Assembly (NCBI GenBank): GCA_041649155.1
Contig: JBAZNP010000001.1
Location: forward strand, 67,581 to 131,580
Origin: Patescibacteria group bacterium
GTDB taxonomy: Bacteria; Patescibacteriota; UBA1384; XYA2-FULL-43-10; 1-14-0-10-43-13
Direction of reading: 5' to 3'
Length of the DNA stretch: 64,000 nt
Positions 1-9,436 of this stretch are shown here, in pieces. Within the stretch, counting starts at the first letter, position 1, and every line of letters begins with the position of its first letter. Below the pieces are notes generated by a model, which was not told the DNA's origin, did not search any database, and was given only the letters and a program-made list of their open reading frames with translations. The translations under genes were made by a program, and so were the position numbers.

Positions 1-277
1 CAAAAATATAGAAGCAAAGATTAACGCAGACTGTCATCCTGAAATTGTCCGTCCTGAGCGAGGCCGAAGGGTTTCAGGATCTGGCAATCATAATCCTGGA
101 TTCCAGATCCAAGCCTGCCTGCCGGTAGGCAGGTCTGGAATGACAATTAAATTCTTGGATGAAGACTTCAAAAAAGAAAATGGATATTTACGTTCTATAG
201 AGCTCTCTAAAAAATATGGTTTATATAGACAGAATTATTGCGGCTGCCAATACTCGCTACAAAACTCAAACCACTAA
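1..277 (+). CDS. queH: 3' part of epoxyqueuosine reductase QueH (5'-truncated by window edge), with in-frame palindromic insertion
   Basis: Frame from nt 2 reads KNIEAKINAD[CHPE...GRSGMT]IKFLDEDFKKENGYLRSIELSKKYGLYRQNYCGCQYS...*. DFKK..G..RS.ELS..YGLYRQNYCGC is the QueH C-terminal motif. Not in the ORF track. Confidence 0.85.
   Translation, partial: KNIEAKINADCHPEIVRPERGRRVSGSGNHNPGFQIQACLPVGRSGMTIKFLDEDFKKENGYLRSIELSKKYGLYRQNYCGCQYSLQNSNH
32..145. repeat. Composite palindromic element (TGTCATCC...GGAATGACA ends, internal CCTGCCTGCCGGTAGGCAGG)
   Basis: Terminal inverted repeats; same element family at 55349-55462. Confidence 0.8.
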
Positions 278-356
278 AAAAATGACGTCCCGTGCGTCAT
301 TCTAAACCAGTAATTTGCTGACAACTGGTTTACTTATTTACCACTTTTTATATCTT

Positions 357-812
357 TTATCTTTGATTTTTCAAACTAATATTAATATCTCTCTCAATAT
401 CTTTCGCTTTAATTTTCTCTTTTTTATCATACTTTTTCATACCTTTGCCGACACCCAGTTCTAACTTTGCTTTCCCTCTCGATAAATACATCTTTAACGG
501 AATTAAGCTGAATCCCTGTTCGGCTGTTTTCCCCATTAATTTATCAATTTGGGATTTATGCAACAACAACTTTCTGGTTCTCTGTCTGTCACCGCCCTCA
601 ATATTTATATTCGCACCAATCCAAAAAACTTCGCCGTTTAATATTTTTGCGTATGATCCTGTCATATCTACCCGTTTTGCCCTGATTGCTTTGATCTCTT
701 CTCCAGTTAAAACAATTCCTGCTTCCAACGAATCGGTTATATCATAATCAAAACGGGCTTTTTTATTATAAAACTCTCGTTTTAATGATTTAGGGGATGA
801 CTTCTTATTCAT
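357..812 (-). CDS. smpB: SsrA-binding protein SmpB
   Basis: NKKARFDY..EAGIVLTGEEIKAIR, RTRKLLLHK, GKGMKKYDKKE motifs. Confidence 0.97.
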   Translation of the reverse strand: MNKKSSPKSLKREFYNKKARFDYDITDSLEAGIVLTGEEIKAIRAKRVDMTGSYAKILNGEVFWIGANINIEGGDRQRTRKLLLHKSQIDKLMGKTAEQGFSLIPLKMYLSRGKAKLELGVGKGMKKYDKKEKIKAKDIERDINISLKNQR

Positions 813-1812
813 TCTTCTTAAAAGTTTCTTTTACTGTGGGCCATTCCTGAACAATTACCGACAATGAAGCTGCAATCGGAACAGCCAATATTGCTCCAAC
901 AATACCAAGCAGTTTGGCTCCGGTTAAAATGGCAAGAATGATTATAACAGGAGAAAGACCCACTGCTTTCTGCATTACTTTTGGCACAATAAATGAATTT
1001 TCAGCTTGCTGTATTACAAGATAAAGGATAAAAACTAAAAGTGCTTTTAACGGAGAAACACTTAGAGTAACTAAAACTGCGATAGTACCAGCAATTAATG
1101 GACCGATTGTTGGAACTATTTCCATAACAGCAGAGATGATAGCAAGCGTCAGTGCATAAGGCGCCCCAATAATCAAAAGACCAATTAATTCAAGCACTCC
1201 AATAATCCCCCCTAATATCATTTGACCCCTAAACCAACGTCCTACTTTTTCTGAAATTTTCTTCATTAAAGAAAGCACGGGTTCTTGCTGATCAGGAGAA
1301 ATAGTTGATTTAATGAACAGGTGAATACCATTTTTATCCAAGAGTAAGTAAATTGTCATTATTATGGCAGTAAGAAAAGCGACGACCCCGCCAAATATCC
1401 CAGTTGTAATAGAAACAAAACCATTAGTAATATTTCCCGCGTTCTTAGTTAAAGTGTCTATGCCGTCACTAAGACTTGGAACATACTCTTTAATAAAAGA
1501 GTGTTGATTTAAAATATCAGGAATATTGTCAATTAACTGCTTAGTTTGAGAAATAACCGGCGGCACTACCAAATAGACCACTAAAACCAGGATAAATATA
1601 ATTGAAATTATTAAAGCTACCACTGATAACGGTCTACCTATTTTTTTCTCCCACCTGTTTACAACCGGACGAAAAGCCGCTGTTAGAACCAGAACAAGAA
1701 AAAATAACCCAATAATGTCTTTAATCAAAAATAATAAATAAAAGACAATCCCGACTAAAAATATTTTGGCGATTGACCAAAATGGTATATCCAATTTAAC
1801 TGTCTGGTTCAT
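805..1812 (-). CDS. AI-2E family transporter
   Basis: Multi-TM; P.IGP, QQAENSFIVPKVM..AVGLSP, G..GAILAVP motifs. Confidence 0.9.
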   Translation of the reverse strand: MNQTVKLDIPFWSIAKIFLVGIVFYLLFLIKDIIGLFFLVLVLTAAFRPVVNRWEKKIGRPLSVVALIISIIFILVLVVYLVVPPVISQTKQLIDNIPDILNQHSFIKEYVPSLSDGIDTLTKNAGNITNGFVSITTGIFGGVVAFLTAIIMTIYLLLDKNGIHLFIKSTISPDQQEPVLSLMKKISEKVGRWFRGQMILGGIIGVLELIGLLIIGAPYALTLAIISAVMEIVPTIGPLIAGTIAVLVTLSVSPLKALLVFILYLVIQQAENSFIVPKVMQKAVGLSPVIIILAILTGAKLLGIVGAILAVPIAASLSVIVQEWPTVKETFKKNE

Positions 1813-1824
1813 AATCCTCCTTTT

Positions 1825-2469
1825 TTACTCTTTTATGACTTTTGCAAAATTAAATTTTAACTGCTCTCCGGACGGAATTTCAATACTCTCTCTTTCTAGA
1901 ATAACAAATTTAATATCTTTTGTCGTAATTTGATCTACAATTCCACCTTTTCTTTCCATCGCGGACTTAAGAAGATTACTGTTTCCTAAAACTTTAACCT
2001 CATAATATTGCATATTACTATATTGATCCAGAGTGGTATTTAGCACAAGACGCTTATCATTTATAGAAATTATTTCTGCCCCAACATTTTTAATCGCATT
2101 TACAAGATCAACTAATTGCGGAGTTGTTAAATTACCCCTGATTTGTATTACCACCCCTTGTCCGGTTTTCGATCCCGCGCCATTAATACTATCCAGACGT
2201 TCGGAATCAATCAAGTATTGATCGTAAGATTTTTGACGGGACTCAGTGGAATTATTGTAAGTTTCTAAATCCAAAGTTAGATCCTGAACCTCATTTCTTA
2301 GATCTGCATTTGATTTTGTTAATTTTGAAACTTCCAACGCCAAAACCGCATTATTTTCCGGTTGTATCACTGCTTTATATTCTTTCCCTGAATAATATTG
2401 TGAAATTAAAAAAATACCAAGAAAGAAACAAATTATGGATATGATTATGTAATCTGTTTTTTTAAACAT
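1825..2469 (-). CDS. DUF881 family protein
   Basis: N-terminal TM, coiled coil, G.GVVI, LVNAIKNVGAEIISINDKR. Confidence 0.85.
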   Translation of the reverse strand: MFKKTDYIIISIICFFLGIFLISQYYSGKEYKAVIQPENNAVLALEVSKLTKSNADLRNEVQDLTLDLETYNNSTESRQKSYDQYLIDSERLDSINGAGSKTGQGVVIQIRGNLTTPQLVDLVNAIKNVGAEIISINDKRLVLNTTLDQYSNMQYYEVKVLGNSNLLKSAMERKGGIVDQITTKDIKFVILERESIEIPSGEQLKFNFAKVIKE

Positions 2470-3209
2470 TAACTTGCTGCCTTAATTTTTGTTTCAAAGC
2501 TACCATCGAAAATCGGCAATGTGATATCATTGTTTTTTTCTGCCTGAAAAATTAATCCTGAATTCTTTCTTTGGTGTATGCTTGACAATATGGAACGATC
2601 CGAAATTCGATCATACATTAAAGCTTGATTTCCGACGGCTTCTACACGAAACGGCGTTGATAGCCTAATATCGTTAACCAAAATAGTATTAACTATGCAA
2701 TCAATCGCTGTATTTATAACCACCCTTTGACCGTTTATTGAAATACCCTCTGCGCCAGATCTCCAAAGCAAATTAGTGATATCTCTAAGATCGGCAGCGT
2801 GCACTATTGAATCTTCAGTATTTGGACCAGTTTTACTATCATCAAGAGTTATAATAATACCGGCACCATTTAATTTAGTTAAACCGGCCAAAGATTTTTT
2901 ATCATTCAAATCGGAAAGCTCTTTTTTAGTCAAGGTAATGTCTTCTGATTGGCCCTGAGTTTTTTCGATTGAGGTCTGCAAATTTTTAATTTCCTCTTTT
3001 AATTGCGCCTGTTCTTCGTATAAAGATTCTTTTGTATCTTTCAAGCTAGAATAAGGAGCAACAGGATTTGTAACTCTGGTTGGAATTGAACGCCATTGAG
3101 CAGTAATCAAAACACCAATGGCGACACTTAAAAGCGCAACAAAAGAACGGACCGCAATGGTCTTTGCGCTTTTAATTTTAATTAAGTTAAGTTTAGAAAT
3201 ACGAGACAT
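2469..3209 (-). CDS. DUF881 family protein
   Basis: AGLTKLNGAGIIITLDD, VHAADLRDITNLLWRSGAEGISINGQR. Confidence 0.9.
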   Translation of the reverse strand: MSRISKLNLIKIKSAKTIAVRSFVALLSVAIGVLITAQWRSIPTRVTNPVAPYSSLKDTKESLYEEQAQLKEEIKNLQTSIEKTQGQSEDITLTKKELSDLNDKKSLAGLTKLNGAGIIITLDDSKTGPNTEDSIVHAADLRDITNLLWRSGAEGISINGQRVVINTAIDCIVNTILVNDIRLSTPFRVEAVGNQALMYDRISDRSILSSIHQRKNSGLIFQAEKNNDITLPIFDGSFETKIKAAS

Positions 3210-3323
3210 TAATTAAAATCCAAGTTCCAAGTTCTAATAAAAGATGGCTGTGCCACATGAATTGAGTCAAGTTTCTGAAGGAAAGTCACGTAAAAATCTC
3301 ATTTTAAAAACTCGATTTTTACG

Positions 3324-3399
3324 TGGTACCCGCGGCAGGAATCGGACCTGCGACGCCCGCCTTAGGACGGCGGCGCTCTATCCACTGAGCTACGCGGGC
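3324..3399 (-). tRNA. tRNA-Arg(CCT)
   Basis: Cloverleaf on the minus strand, anticodon stem CCGCC/GGCGG, encoded CCA. Confidence 0.92.
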
Positions 3400-3467
3400 A
3401 TATTTACAAACTAGCACAAACAGTCTCGGACTTATGTTATCAAATATTGAGTAAATTTGCCACAATT

Positions 3468-3498
3468 AAAAAAAGCCAAAATTACTAAGGCTTTTTTT
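3468..3498. terminator. Likely bidirectional intrinsic terminator after HU
   Basis: A-tract, AGCC...GGCT stem, T-tract. Confidence 0.5.
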
Positions 3499-3529
3499 AA
3501 TATAGATATTTGATCTGAGTGAATACTAC

Positions 3530-3802
3530 TTATTTAACTTTGCTTCTCAAATTTCTAGAAGGCTTGAATCTAGGCATCTTAGCAGCAGGAATATTGATCG
3601 GATCGCCGGTTCGTGGATTAACACCAGACCTTGCTTTTCTCTTTCCAACATCAAACGTGCCAAAACCTGTCAAGGTAACTTTGTCTCCGCTCGCAATCTC
3701 CTTGGCTATAAGATCAAGCATTGTTTGAACTCCAGCTTCAGCTTCTCTTCTCGACAAGCCGGTTTTTCTTGCTACTTCATTGATAAGATCATTTTTGTTC
3801 AT
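3530..3802 (-). CDS. hup: DNA-binding protein HU
   Basis: MNKNDLI, GFGTF, ARSGVNPRTG, PRFKP. Confidence 0.95.
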   Translation of the reverse strand: MNKNDLINEVARKTGLSRREAEAGVQTMLDLIAKEIASGDKVTLTGFGTFDVGKRKARSGVNPRTGDPINIPAAKMPRFKPSRNLRSKVK

Positions 3803-3823
3803 TTCATCTCCTTCTATTAAGCC

Positions 3824-4630
3824 CTAAATTGATTTTAGGATTTTTGATATTCTTTTTATTTTTTCTGCTTTTTTTGTTTTAACATTTATTTCAACAATAA
3901 CTGCATTAAACATACTGTCTCCACTGGCTATTTTATGTGATTGAGGAAGTTGTGTCAAGAATTTTTCTATAATGATTTCCTTCTTAACGCCTAAGACTGA
4001 ATTCTCAGGTCCGCACATTCCCACGTCGGAAATAAATGCAGTTCCGTTTGATAAAACTTTTTCATCTGCAGTCTGTACGTGCGTATGCGTGCCAAACACG
4101 GCTGAAACATATCTATCAAGATAGTAACCCAAGGCCATTTTCTCACTCGTCGCTTCAGCATGAAAGTCAATTATGATTATGGAATTTTGGTGATCTTCAA
4201 CTATATTTTTACCGATTATGAAAGGACTTTCAATGTCATCTCTCATAAAAACCCTGCCCTGGAGATTAATTAAAGTCAAATCAACGTCTTTGACTTTAAA
4301 AGTAGTCACACCTCTTCCAGGAGAAGACTGGGGATAATTAGCCGGCCTCAACACTTTTATTCTTTGGTCATTTAAACATGAAATAAAGTCCGCATTATTC
4401 CAAATATGATTGCCCGAAGTGAAGTAATCGACGCCCGCCTTAATCATTTCGTCATATTTTTCAAAAGTCATTCCCTTACCCGAAGCCAGATTTTCCCCAT
4501 TTGCAATTACAAAATCAATTCCTTCTTCTTTTTTGATCTCAGGAATAAAATGAGCAACAGCTCTTCTTCCGGGCTTGCCTACAATGTCACCTATGAACAA
4601 TATTTTAATAAATTCTGATTTTTTTTGCAT
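3824..4630 (-). CDS. ymdB: YmdB-family metallophosphoesterase
   Basis: GDIVG, NGEN, GNH, DFHAEATSEK, GTHTHV; follows rny. Confidence 0.95.
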   Translation of the reverse strand: MQKKSEFIKILFIGDIVGKPGRRAVAHFIPEIKKEEGIDFVIANGENLASGKGMTFEKYDEMIKAGVDYFTSGNHIWNNADFISCLNDQRIKVLRPANYPQSSPGRGVTTFKVKDVDLTLINLQGRVFMRDDIESPFIIGKNIVEDHQNSIIIIDFHAEATSEKMALGYYLDRYVSAVFGTHTHVQTADEKVLSNGTAFISDVGMCGPENSVLGVKKEIIIEKFLTQLPQSHKIASGDSMFNAVIVEINVKTKKAEKIKRISKILKSI

Positions 4631-4672
4631 TATTATAATTTAACTTATACAGTTTTCGCCTGATCTGACATT

Positions 4673-4752
4673 GAATAACGAATCACGAATTATGAATTAT
4701 GGTTTCTTTAAAAATATTTATCCTTGATTCATGATTCTGACTTCATGATTCA
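4673..4752. repeat. Heptamer-based inverted repeat element
   Basis: GAATAAC/GAATCAC/GAATTAT tandem heptamers mirrored by TTCATGATTC repeats. Confidence 0.55.
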
Positions 4753-4771
4753 CAAATAAATCGCTTGCGAT

Positions 4772-6295
4772 TTATTTCGCGTATTCAATCGCTCTTGTTT
4801 CTCTAATAACATAAATTTTAACTTGACCAGGATATTGCACTTCTTCTTCAACTTTCTTAGCAATCTCTTTAGACATTTTCTCTGCCATTAAATCATCCAC
4901 CTCTTCCGGTCTTACGAATATTCTAACTTCTCTACCCGCCTGAATGGCATATGATTTTTCCACGCCGTCGAATGAATTAGCAACCCGTTCCAACTCCTGA
5001 AGACGCTTGATATGAAGATCAAGAGACTCTCTCCTGGCACCAGGTCTGGCCGAAGAAATTGCATCAGCTACCTGAATAATTGCCGCTTCGACTGAAGCTA
5101 TCTCGACGTCTTCATGGTGAGCTTCAATAGCATGAATTAAATCTTTTGGAAGCTTAAATTTTCTTGCAATGTCGGCCGAAATCACAGCGTGTGACCCAGG
5201 TACTTCGTGATCGACTGCCTTACCTAAGTCATGAAGCAAACCTGCTCTTTTAACCAAGGCTGTATCTGCCCCAACTTCTTCAGAAACCAATGCTGCCAAA
5301 CGAGCAACTTCAATTGCATGCTGCAATTGATTTTGGCCGAAAGAAGTTCTGAATTTTAATCGTCCCAAGACTTTCAAAATTTCCGGTGGCAAACCTGTAA
5401 CACCAACTTCATAAGCTGCCTCTTCTCCTGATTTCTTAACGTCAGCAGCTACAATTTTCTTTGCTTTCTCAAAAGCATCTTCAATTCTAGCCGGATTAAT
5501 TCTTCCATCATTGACCAATTCAGACAATGTGACTTTCGCCACCTGTTTTCTAATCGGATCAAAAGTCGAAATTACTACTGCCTCGGGAGTATCGTCAATG
5601 ATCAAATCAACACCAGTTAATTTTTCAAATGACTGAATATTTCTACCCTCACGACCAATAATTCTACCTTTCATCTCATCGGAAGGAATGTTAATAGTAG
5701 AAATTGTTGATTCGGCAGCTGTTTCAGCGGCTACTCTTTGCATCGCAGTAACAACAACTTTTCTGGCTGCCACATCTGCATTATCTTTTACGTATAAATC
5801 AACTTCTTTAATTTTCTTAACCAATTCTTCCTTGCCCTCTTTCTCAATAAGATCAAAAAGAACTTTTTTCGCTTCGTCCTTTGTCATTTTCGCAATTCTC
5901 TCAAGACTTTCTTCCTGCTTCTTTCGCAAATCCCGAAGCATCTGTTTTGTTTCGTCAATTTGTTTTTCTTTTAAAGATATCTCCTTGCGGGATTTTTCTA
6001 CTTCTGTAAAACGAAAGTCAATGTTTGACTCTTTCCTCCTTAAATCCTGCTCGGTTTTTTCCAAATACTTAGACTTTGACTCATACTCTCTCTTAGCGCC
6101 CTCTTTCTCTTTCAGTGCCTCATCTCTGGCTTGTAACAGCACTTCTTTACTCTTTGTTTCTGCGTCCGCTATCACTTTTTCTGCCTTTGCCTTGGCGTTC
6201 GCAATTTTCTTGTTTGTAGTTACGTTGAATAATACAAACGCCAAAATTCCGCCAGACAGGAGACCTGCGACAACAGCTAGAATAAGGTTGATCAT
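4772..6295 (-). CDS. rny: Ribonuclease Y (likely start ATG 6295 after GAAAGGA)
   Basis: N-terminal TM, coiled coil, KH domain (KGRIIGREGRNI), HD domain (LLHDLGK). Confidence 0.97.
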   Translation of the reverse strand: MINLILAVVAGLLSGGILAFVLFNVTTNKKIANAKAKAEKVIADAETKSKEVLLQARDEALKEKEGAKREYESKSKYLEKTEQDLRRKESNIDFRFTEVEKSRKEISLKEKQIDETKQMLRDLRKKQEESLERIAKMTKDEAKKVLFDLIEKEGKEELVKKIKEVDLYVKDNADVAARKVVVTAMQRVAAETAAESTISTINIPSDEMKGRIIGREGRNIQSFEKLTGVDLIIDDTPEAVVISTFDPIRKQVAKVTLSELVNDGRINPARIEDAFEKAKKIVAADVKKSGEEAAYEVGVTGLPPEILKVLGRLKFRTSFGQNQLQHAIEVARLAALVSEEVGADTALVKRAGLLHDLGKAVDHEVPGSHAVISADIARKFKLPKDLIHAIEAHHEDVEIASVEAAIIQVADAISSARPGARRESLDLHIKRLQELERVANSFDGVEKSYAIQAGREVRIFVRPEEVDDLMAEKMSKEIAKKVEEEVQYPGQVKIYVIRETRAIEYAK

Positions 6296-6310
6296 CTCGA
6301 TCCTTTCAAA

Positions 6311-6407
6311 ACCCCTCAGCCAAAAATAGAACAATTATAACTTGATCTCAGACTCAATTGATAATGCTGGACTAATTAAATTCATCATTTTGGTTGATAT
6401 ATGGGGT
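6311..6407 (-). ncRNA. Long imperfect hairpin in the rny leader (cis-element or 6S-like RNA candidate)
   Basis: Minus strand ACCCC..TCAACCAAAA pairs with TTTTGGCTGA-GGGGT; putative promoter TTGCTT-17-TAGTAT upstream. Confidence 0.4.
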
Positions 6408-6570
6408 GTAATTTCTAAATTAATAATTTTGTTAAAATAACAGTTACAATACTACTCTTTTTCGCAAAAAAAAGCAACGAAATCATGTTACCACAGAACA
6501 ATTGATTATTTTATAGAATTGGATAATTCAATATGCTATATTTAAGCTAAAATAGCGCAAAGGAGGCAAC

Positions 6571-6942
6571 ATGGGTAGTTTTATTGAAATAAACGACACT
6601 TTACAGATCAGCAAAGAACAGGGTTTTCCAACTGAATTGGAAATTGATAAACATCTTGAAAAGTCTTATGTTCTAGATAATCTGAAAAATAAAGTTTTTG
6701 AATTCTCTAATAAACCAGGTATTAGATTTTACCATCAACCTCCGGTTAGAGTTTTTCTTGTTGAAAATATAAACGGTAAGTGGCTTTACTGGGGACTTGC
6801 TCACATTTTATCTGTTACTCACGATTACATTAACAAAACCACGTCTGGTGAATTTAAAATTATTTATATCAACACCCCAGAAGAGATGAAAAAAGCTCAC
6901 GACCTGATCGATAGAAACCCAGATACAAATTATTTTAATTAA
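6571..6942 (+). CDS. Conserved hypothetical protein
   Basis: RBS AGGAGG, 123-aa ORF. Confidence 0.8.
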   Translation: MGSFIEINDTLQISKEQGFPTELEIDKHLEKSYVLDNLKNKVFEFSNKPGIRFYHQPPVRVFLVENINGKWLYWGLAHILSVTHDYINKTTSGEFKIIYINTPEEMKKAHDLIDRNPDTNYFN

Positions 6943-7051
6943 TCTTTTCCATAGTAACCTACTAGAACAAGCTTTTATTTTTTTGTTAAAGTATTGAAAT
7001 TAGCCGATCTTGTTTTTATCAGTGAAATTTGGTATAAAATATAAGTGAATT

Positions 7052-7127
7052 GGGTTGCTAGCTCAATTGGTAGAGCAGTGCCCTCTTAAGGCATTGGTTC
7101 TGGGTTCGAGTCCCAGGCAGCCCACCA
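7052..7127 (+). tRNA. tRNA-Lys(CTT)
   Basis: Cloverleaf, TTCGAGT T-loop, CCA. Confidence 0.95.
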
Positions 7128-7129
7128 AA

Positions 7130-7206
7130 CTTCGCCCTCGGGGCTTCGCTTGGCAAGCCATGAGAAAAGAGAAGTTTGTCCAGCGTAGCTATTAGCGAAG
7201 TTGGAC
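7130..7206. repeat. Short palindromic repeats (CTTCGC...GCGAAG family); related copy near 7372-7402
   Basis: CTTCGCCCTCGGGGCTTCGC, AGCGTAGCTATTAGCGAAG and CCGAAGCTTTAGCGAAGG motifs. Confidence 0.45.
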
Positions 7207-7230
7207 AGCCCAACTTCCAATTTACGTTAT

Positions 7231-7305
7231 GGCCTCATCGTCTAGTGGTTAGGACACCACGCTTTCAATGTGGTAACAGGGGTTCGATTCCCCTTGAGGC
7301 TACCA
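7231..7305 (+). tRNA. tRNA-Glu(TTC)
   Basis: Cloverleaf, CCA. Confidence 0.95.
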
Positions 7306-7537
7306 TGAAAAGTGCATCACGCAAGTGGTGCTTTTTTCATGGTGATTTTCAGGAATCGAAGATTCCCCCTTGCTTGCCGTCCGAAGCTTTAGCGAAGGAT
7401 GGAGTATTTTTTTGTTATTGCTGATTTTGACAACAAAACACAAAAAATGTCCTGTAAAATTTACATTCTGGACATTAAGTTTAAAGCTCATTCATGCAAT
7501 GATTTATTCGCATATTAATTAAACCAAGGAAAAGAAA

Positions 7538-7804
7538 ATGGGATGGATTATAACAATAATTGTCGGCGGCATCATCGGCTGGATAGCTAGCCTGATTGCA
7601 GGTACAGATTACGAACAGGGATTATTTTTAAATATCCTGATCGGTATTATCGGCTCCCTTCTCGGTAAATGGATATTCTCCGATATCCTAAAGATCGGCG
7701 GGGCCTCTGCGGCAGGCACATTTAGCATCTGGGGAATAATCTGGGGAATAATCGGGGCTGTCATCTTAATCGCCATCTTAAAATTATTCCACGTGCTCAA
7801 GTAA
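7538..7804 (+). CDS. GlsB/YeaQ/YmgE family stress membrane protein
   Basis: [18 protein letters not shown].. Gly-rich 3-TM pattern. Confidence 0.9.
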   Translation: MGWIITIIVGGIIGWIASLIAGTDYEQGLFLNILIGIIGSLLGKWIFSDILKIGGASAAGTFSIWGIIWGIIGAVILIAILKLFHVLK

Positions 7805-7809
7805 AGGAT

Positions 7810-7989
7810 GTGATTAAGTTGATAAAAATTAACAGGCGCGGATTTGCCTCAATGAGCGAAGAAAAACGAAAAGAAATTGCAAAAAAAGGCGGAATTGCCT
7901 CTCATCAGAAAGGCACCGCTCATGAATTTACCTCGGCAGAAGCAAAACGCGCAGGCAAAAAAGGCGGAAAGTCAAAAAAGAATATTTAA
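7810..7989 (+). CDS. KGG-repeat general stress protein (59 aa, not in ORF track)
   Basis: RGFASMSEEKRKEIAKKGG..AHEFTSAEAKRAGKKGG; GTG start is uncertain. Confidence 0.85.
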   Translation: MIKLIKINRRGFASMSEEKRKEIAKKGGIASHQKGTAHEFTSAEAKRAGKKGGKSKKNI

Positions 7990-7994
7990 ATAAC

Positions 7995-8399
7995 TTATCG
8001 ATTATTTGTGACATATTTAAACCAGTTTTTGTTGAGCCATTTTTTTTCTTTTTTTAGTAAATCCAAGAGACCCCTTTGAATAAGTTCCTTGTCTACTGTT
8101 CCTCCTTTGTGAGGGAATCTCGAGAGCTGAGGAAGAGGAGAAGAAAATCCATGAGCGTAATGGCATAGTTCATGAACTATTGTTGCATCAAGAATATAGC
8201 GGGGTATTTTTTTGTCTTTAAAATAGCCATTTAGGGTAATGACTGTATCTGTTTCATCAATTTTCTGTCTGATACTCCCCAGTCTTTTTACTGCTTTTCT
8301 ACCAAACTTAATATGAACTTTGTTTGATTTCAAAACATCAGTAAAATATTTCCTCCACAAAAAATCCAAGCGATCACTTAAAAAAGTGTCATCTCTCAT
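7995..8399 (-). CDS. SprT-like zinc metalloprotease-domain protein
   Basis: HELCH (HExxH) motif plus a downstream His. Confidence 0.75.
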   Translation of the reverse strand: MRDDTFLSDRLDFLWRKYFTDVLKSNKVHIKFGRKAVKRLGSIRQKIDETDTVITLNGYFKDKKIPRYILDATIVHELCHYAHGFSSPLPQLSRFPHKGGTVDKELIQRGLLDLLKKEKKWLNKNWFKYVTNNR

Positions 8400-8670
8400 C
8401 TATTTAGAACTCCTTTTTGTAATTAGGCATAAAAAATCGGTCTCAATATTTAATCCGATCATGATTACTTATAACATGCCGCGCGCGCTCAACCAAGCTC
8501 ATCATCTAGAGATAAAGATATTGTCAATTTTGTAATAGATATATTTAAAAAAAATAATTGTTGAGATTAAAGTGCTCAAAACTTATCTTGGCACATTTTC
8601 CAATGAACAAATCAGGCTGATCGGTTATTGTAAGTAATTGTTTTAACAATATTAAATAAAGGAATTAAAA

Positions 8671-9057
8671 ATGGGTTGGATTGTAACCATAATCGTCGGG
8701 GGAATAATTGGCTGGATTGCTAGTTTAATAATGAGAACAAAACAGGGAGTGATCGCCGATATTATAATCGGGATATTAGGATCCATCCTTGGTGTCTGGC
8801 TGTTCGCCGAGGTATTTGGGTTTGGACCAGTAATAGCCACGCCTGGAACGTTATCTCTTTTAAACGTAATCTGGGGTATAATTGGCGCTATAATTGTAAT
8901 TGCCTTAATCGAAGCTGTTTCATATGAAACAAGAGGTATGAAAAGGTATGAAAATGACAAAGATCAATATTCCAAAGGCGTCGCCCACGAATACGAAGAA
9001 GACAAAGGTGAAGAAGTTATAATAGTTAAGAAAAAACGTCCTACAAAGAGAAAATAA
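8671..9057 (+). CDS. GlsB/YeaQ/YmgE family protein, second paralogue with charged C-tail
   Basis: N-terminus nearly identical to 7538..7804. Confidence 0.9.
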   Translation: MGWIVTIIVGGIIGWIASLIMRTKQGVIADIIIGILGSILGVWLFAEVFGFGPVIATPGTLSLLNVIWGIIGAIIVIALIEAVSYETRGMKRYENDKDQYSKGVAHEYEEDKGEEVIIVKKKRPTKRK

Positions 9058-9311
9058 TATCCTGTAATCCCGCCTGTCATACTGAGCCCCGAAATAGACC
9101 CTTTTGGGTTGAATAATTTGATTTTTGGCATAAAAAAATCCCGCTTTTAGCGGGGTGTTTTTTAAATACCCCCTTTTCAGCGTTACTCATATTGTGCTGT
9201 GTATTATAATGGATTTGTGGTTATTTTGATCATGACTTAATTTAAATGAAAGTGTTTAGCTGATTTACTTTTAGGCTAATTTATGTTAAAGTTTACTAGT
9301 GAAAATAATAT

Positions 9312-9387
9312 GGCGGCCATGGTGAAGTGGTTATCACGCTAGTTTGTGGCACTGGAGTCATGGGTTCAATTCCCGTTGGCCGCCCCA
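9312..9387 (+). tRNA. tRNA-His(GTG)
   Basis: Encoded G-1, C73, anticodon GTG, CCA. Confidence 0.93.
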
Positions 9388-9436
9388 TTAAATTGATCAT
9401 TTTGAACTACTGGTGTTATAATGAGCATATAACATA

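Noticed and set aside
278-356. tmRNA (ssrA) next to smpB
   Set aside because: No tRNA-like ends or tag reading frame visible; the gap is under 80 nt.
5688-6329. 213-aa plus-strand ORF
   Set aside because: Antisense shadow of the rny coiled coil; the other short antisense ORFs inside long genes were rejected for the same reason.
7176-7491. ORFs 7176..7424 (+) and 7300..7491 (-)
   Set aside because: They overlap tRNA-Glu and palindromic repeats; no protein motifs.
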